The notes below the pieces were generated by a model. The model had not been told where the DNA came from. It did no database searches and was given only the letters and a program-made list of their open reading frames with translations. From the human T2T-CHM13v2.0 reference genome, Homo sapiens, in assembly GCF_009914755.1 (NCBI RefSeq), contig NC_060935.1: DNA of 64,000 nt; one strand, 5' to 3'. Position numbers and translations under genes: made by a program. How positions within the stretch are numbered: position 1 is the stretch's first letter; each line of letters starts with the position of its first letter. This document shows positions 58,894-64,000 of this stretch, one piece after another.

Positions 58894-60205
58894 AAGAAAT
58901 GTTACATTTCTTGTGTTTCTCCAAATCAATTTGAATCTATTCTGAACTCCCATCTGGCCCAGGGCGTGAGAGATTCAATGCCAGTTATTCTGGGGCTCCT
59001 TCCACCTCTGGTTATACAAAAGTTATTAGTGGTTTGATGAAGTGAGGTCCTCACCCGGAAGGAGAGGACCTGCACCAGTCACTGTTGACAGTGCATGGTC
59101 CAGCTCGCAGGAGTCCTTGAAGGCAGGCCATTCTATCATAGCTGGACCAGATATGATTCTATCTATCTGGGCCAGATTGGGAATGGGGCTCTCTGCCTTG
59201 GAACGGCCCCAAGAAATCCTTCCCTGTAAGTCACCTACCTCTGGTAAATAAGTACCCTTATAAGCTTAGAAAAATCCTTATAATGAGTAAAATCCACAGT
59301 TGGTACAGCAAGGCTGTATGAGAAGGGAGAGAGGGAAGGTGGGAGAGGAAGGCTGGAGAATCCTTATCTCAGCCCACAAACTCAGATGGGCAAGAAAAGT
59401 AACTTTATTTTTCTGTGATCTTCTCTGCGTGCCAGAAGCTCAGTCTCAGTTCAGGCTCTTCCTCCGTATTTTATGGGGACCTACATGATGTTGGGTAGGG
59501 GGAAGGCTGCAGTATCTGGTCCCTGTTTGTCCTCATCTCACCATTCCAGCTGGTGTCCCTGAGAAGCCCTTGTTCCCACCTTTTCTCGGGTTGCCCGTCC
59601 AGGCAGAGCATAGCCGTATCCTCTTTCTCCTACTCAACACGCCGTCACCAGATTCTTCCCTTCCTTCCTTCCATGCTTGTGTGTGTTCAGGTGAGCTCAC
59701 TCTGTCCCTTGCTCTGTCATTCTCTTGCTCAAGCACACGTGCACACACACGCATCTGCCCCTCTCCGGTGGCTTCTTTGCCACCACACAGGACTGTTAAA
59801 GGCACTTCTGGTCTACTTCCATACCACCATACTCTTCTTTTCCTGCACCCCGTGGAAGGAGGGGGAATTTTGTGCTGTTGCTGATTCCTGGCCTTTCCTA
59901 GAGGCAGACACAGGTTCCTTGTCTTTCAGATTCCCCAAATTTTGATGAGACTTATGTCCTCTCCTCCACTTCTTCCCCCAGGGTGAGACAGGACAGAAGG
60001 CCCCTTTTCCAGGCCCACTGGCATCTAACCTCTTGCTTCCTCTCTGGCTCTCCTCTCCTTCCTATCCACAGAGTGTAAATGTACCTCGCTTCTTTGAAAT
60101 CTCTTGTTTATGGCATCAAACTGAGTATTTTAGGACTTAGATATTCAAAATCCTAGGTTCTTGCAATTTAGTAGCTTTCGCTTATGAAACTCTGATAAGA
60201 ATAGT

Positions 60206-60516
<311 letters not shown>

Positions 60517-60831
60517 CTAGATTCGAAGAACTATGGAGGAAAAATGACTACGATTACTGCTGAGCATCCCAAATTCTTTGGGACCCCTTTACCAGTCCCT
60601 CCAACCACAGGCTGTCCCCTGCAGCCTGTTACCCCTGTAGTGCCACCCTGGAGGTTTATCTTCACCAGATCCCTCCTCCTGGGTAAATGCACATGCACAG
60701 AAGAGACCAGCATGCACTGGGGCTCGTCAGAGCTCCCTCTCCACTGGGAATGCTAGAGAGTATGGCACTGACCCACTTCCCTCATTCCCTCCCGAGGGAC
60801 ACTCAGCACTGAAACTTCAAACAGACTGTGG

Positions 60832-60957
60832 TCCCCTCCCCCTCCCATTCCCCTCCCCTCCCCTCCCCCCCCTTTCTCCTCCCCTCCCCCCTTCCCCTCC
60901 CCTCCCCTCCCCCTCCCTCCCTCCCTCCCTTCCTTCCTTCGTTCCCTCCTTCCTTCC
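60832..60957. repeat. C/T-rich low-complexity tract ((CCCCT)n, (CCCT)n, (CCTT)n)
   Basis: About 125 nt that is almost purely pyrimidine. Confidence 0.95.
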
Positions 60958-62379
60958 ATGTTACAACCAAACTTCTGAGCTCAGAGAGTGCTCTCTTCTG
61001 GTCACACACAGCCTCCTTCAGCCTCAGAGACCTGCAATCTGACTGCCTTCAGTCCTGAGTCTTTTATCTCCTTCCTGGCCAGAGGGCAGGGACCCCAAAA
61101 GACGGGGTCCTTAGGTTTTCCTCACAGCCAGCATCGTGGCACTGGGAACTTGGAACCTGGCAACAGTTTCGTGCAATAGCTTCCAATGGATTCCTGTCAC
61201 AGAGCAGCCAGGAGAGAGCCAGATTCCAAATACATGAGGCAGGAAACTAGAAGGCAAAGACAAGAGGACTTAGAACCAGGGGGAACATGCACAGGAGTGG
61301 GTAGAAGACACCCTGGGGGAGGATTCCTTCAACCACGAGCACGTGGCACAGGCTGCCCCCTCTGTGTTTTGTGTGGCTCGCTGTCCTGGGGCCCCGAGGA
61401 TACAGCCCAAAAGGGTCTGCCTGATCTCCTGTGCCATCTTGCTTTGTACCTGGCAAAATCTTCAAGAAGGGAATTCCCTTGCTGCTTGTCAGAAGTTCAG
61501 AATTTTTCATCAGTTCTCTTGGTGAACTGCTATAGGACATCCACAGACATAGAAAGCCTTTTCTTGGCTGGGAAACTCTGCTGACTACAGAATAAGCCTT
61601 CCAACAACCTGAGATAAAAATAGGTTGTCTGTCTCCTCCGCTGAATAGCATGAGAGGCCAGAAGAGAGAAGAGGGGCTGTAAATCTCCTTTGTCTATTTT
61701 GGGAAAGAAGTGCCTCACTTGGTTTATTGATAGTCATGGAGGGTAAAGCTGGAAGGACCTCCAGGACAAGGATTTGCTAACTGTCTGCAGAACCTCAGGG
61801 TTCAGGGAGGTCCTCAGGGGGTCATTAGACAGATAAGTGAAGGGCCAAATTCACCAGGGCACCTCCTCCCCAACTTCAACCAGAGAAGCCCTGCTTTCGT
61901 CTGTCTATGTATTAGGGTCTGCTGGAATGGTGTCATGGCTAAAGAAACGTTTGGAAGCTTGTGAGATAGGCCAGTGCCTTATTTCACAAGGAAAGCAAAA
62001 CAAAACAAAACCAAAACAAGGTTCAGAAAGGCTGAATGACATATCCAGAGAAAGTGAATGGCTGAATCAAGATAACAGCCTGAGTTGCCTTACTCCTTGT
62101 TCACTCAGCATTCATTCAGAAAATAGTTACGTAACATGGCTAGGGGCAAGATATTTTGCTTGGTGATGGGGGACTACTGTAATAAGACAGACCTGGTTAC
62201 TGCACTCCAAGGCATTTAGGATGTAGTGGAGCTGAAGATTTGGTTCCCTGAATGCTGTCTTAGCATACATTGTTTACTGATGCTCAAAAAAAATTGGAAG
62301 TACAGCACAGCAACGTAGCTTTCCAAATTGATTCAGTCAGTACTTCTGGATCTGGGCAGATGTTTTCTTTCATTCTTGT

Positions 62380-63500
<1,121 letters not shown>

Positions 63501-64000
63501 TACAATTGCTTCTGCCTGAGCTGGGATCATTGCCATCCATCCTCCCTCCCTAGAAGGGACCAATGCTAGCCTCCTTTTGTGTTGGAGGTGAGTGCCTCAG
63601 GTTCAGCCACCTCACCTCGTTCTGTTCCAAGGCTTGATCTCTTCATCAACTGTCAATATGGCGTTTGTTTTCCAGGCCACTTCGCCATTCGTATTTGCTT
63701 ACCTTCAGTATTTTCACCTCTGGTTTCAGCTCATGGTTTTGTTTTAGTTTGCTGAGGTGTGGGGTAGGGGAATAGTCCCTTGGGATTTCCCTGACATCTT
63801 GCAGTTTCACACTGCATTAAAAAGTAGGTTTAATCCTGGACCTCGTCGTTATTGAGTGGGTTGGCCCTTATGAAGATGTAGTCTGCCATCATGCTGGAGG
63901 GAGAAGACTTCATTATTCAGTTGAAAGAATCCTGTTTGTGGATCCCCTGTGCTGCTGTTTTTTGTCCTGATGCCTTCAGGTTTAAAATCCTGTCATCCTC

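Overview
Human genomic DNA: it is Alu-rich and contains an L1 with the human-specific Ta diagnostics. The window lies inside the + strand gene KIAA1549L (C11orf41, UPF0606 family, paralogue of KIAA1549), which I recognised from the peptide sequence. Five GT-AG coding exons (6263/6266-6390, 14084-14265, 17192-17409, 25971-26100, 53026-53376) splice into one continuous reading frame encoding part of the C-terminal region. The rest is intron filled with Alu, L1, L2, MIR, MaLR/ERV LTRs and DNA-transposon relics. I found no RNA gene, CRISPR array or unknown protein-coding system. The most interesting signal is a cluster of young elements around the 351-nt frame-symmetric exon at 53026-53376. First, a full-length antisense L1PA3-like element has an open ORF0 pointing into the gene, and one of its donors is in frame with that exon. 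Second, a solo LTR10 carries a 4x28-bp AP-1 VNTR. Third, a twin-primed L1HS-Ta forms both an inverted and a direct repeat with the older L1 across the exon. Both L1s carry fold-back templated-insertion scars. All functional consequences are hypotheses, and repeat subfamily names come from recalled consensus features rather than a RepeatMasker run.
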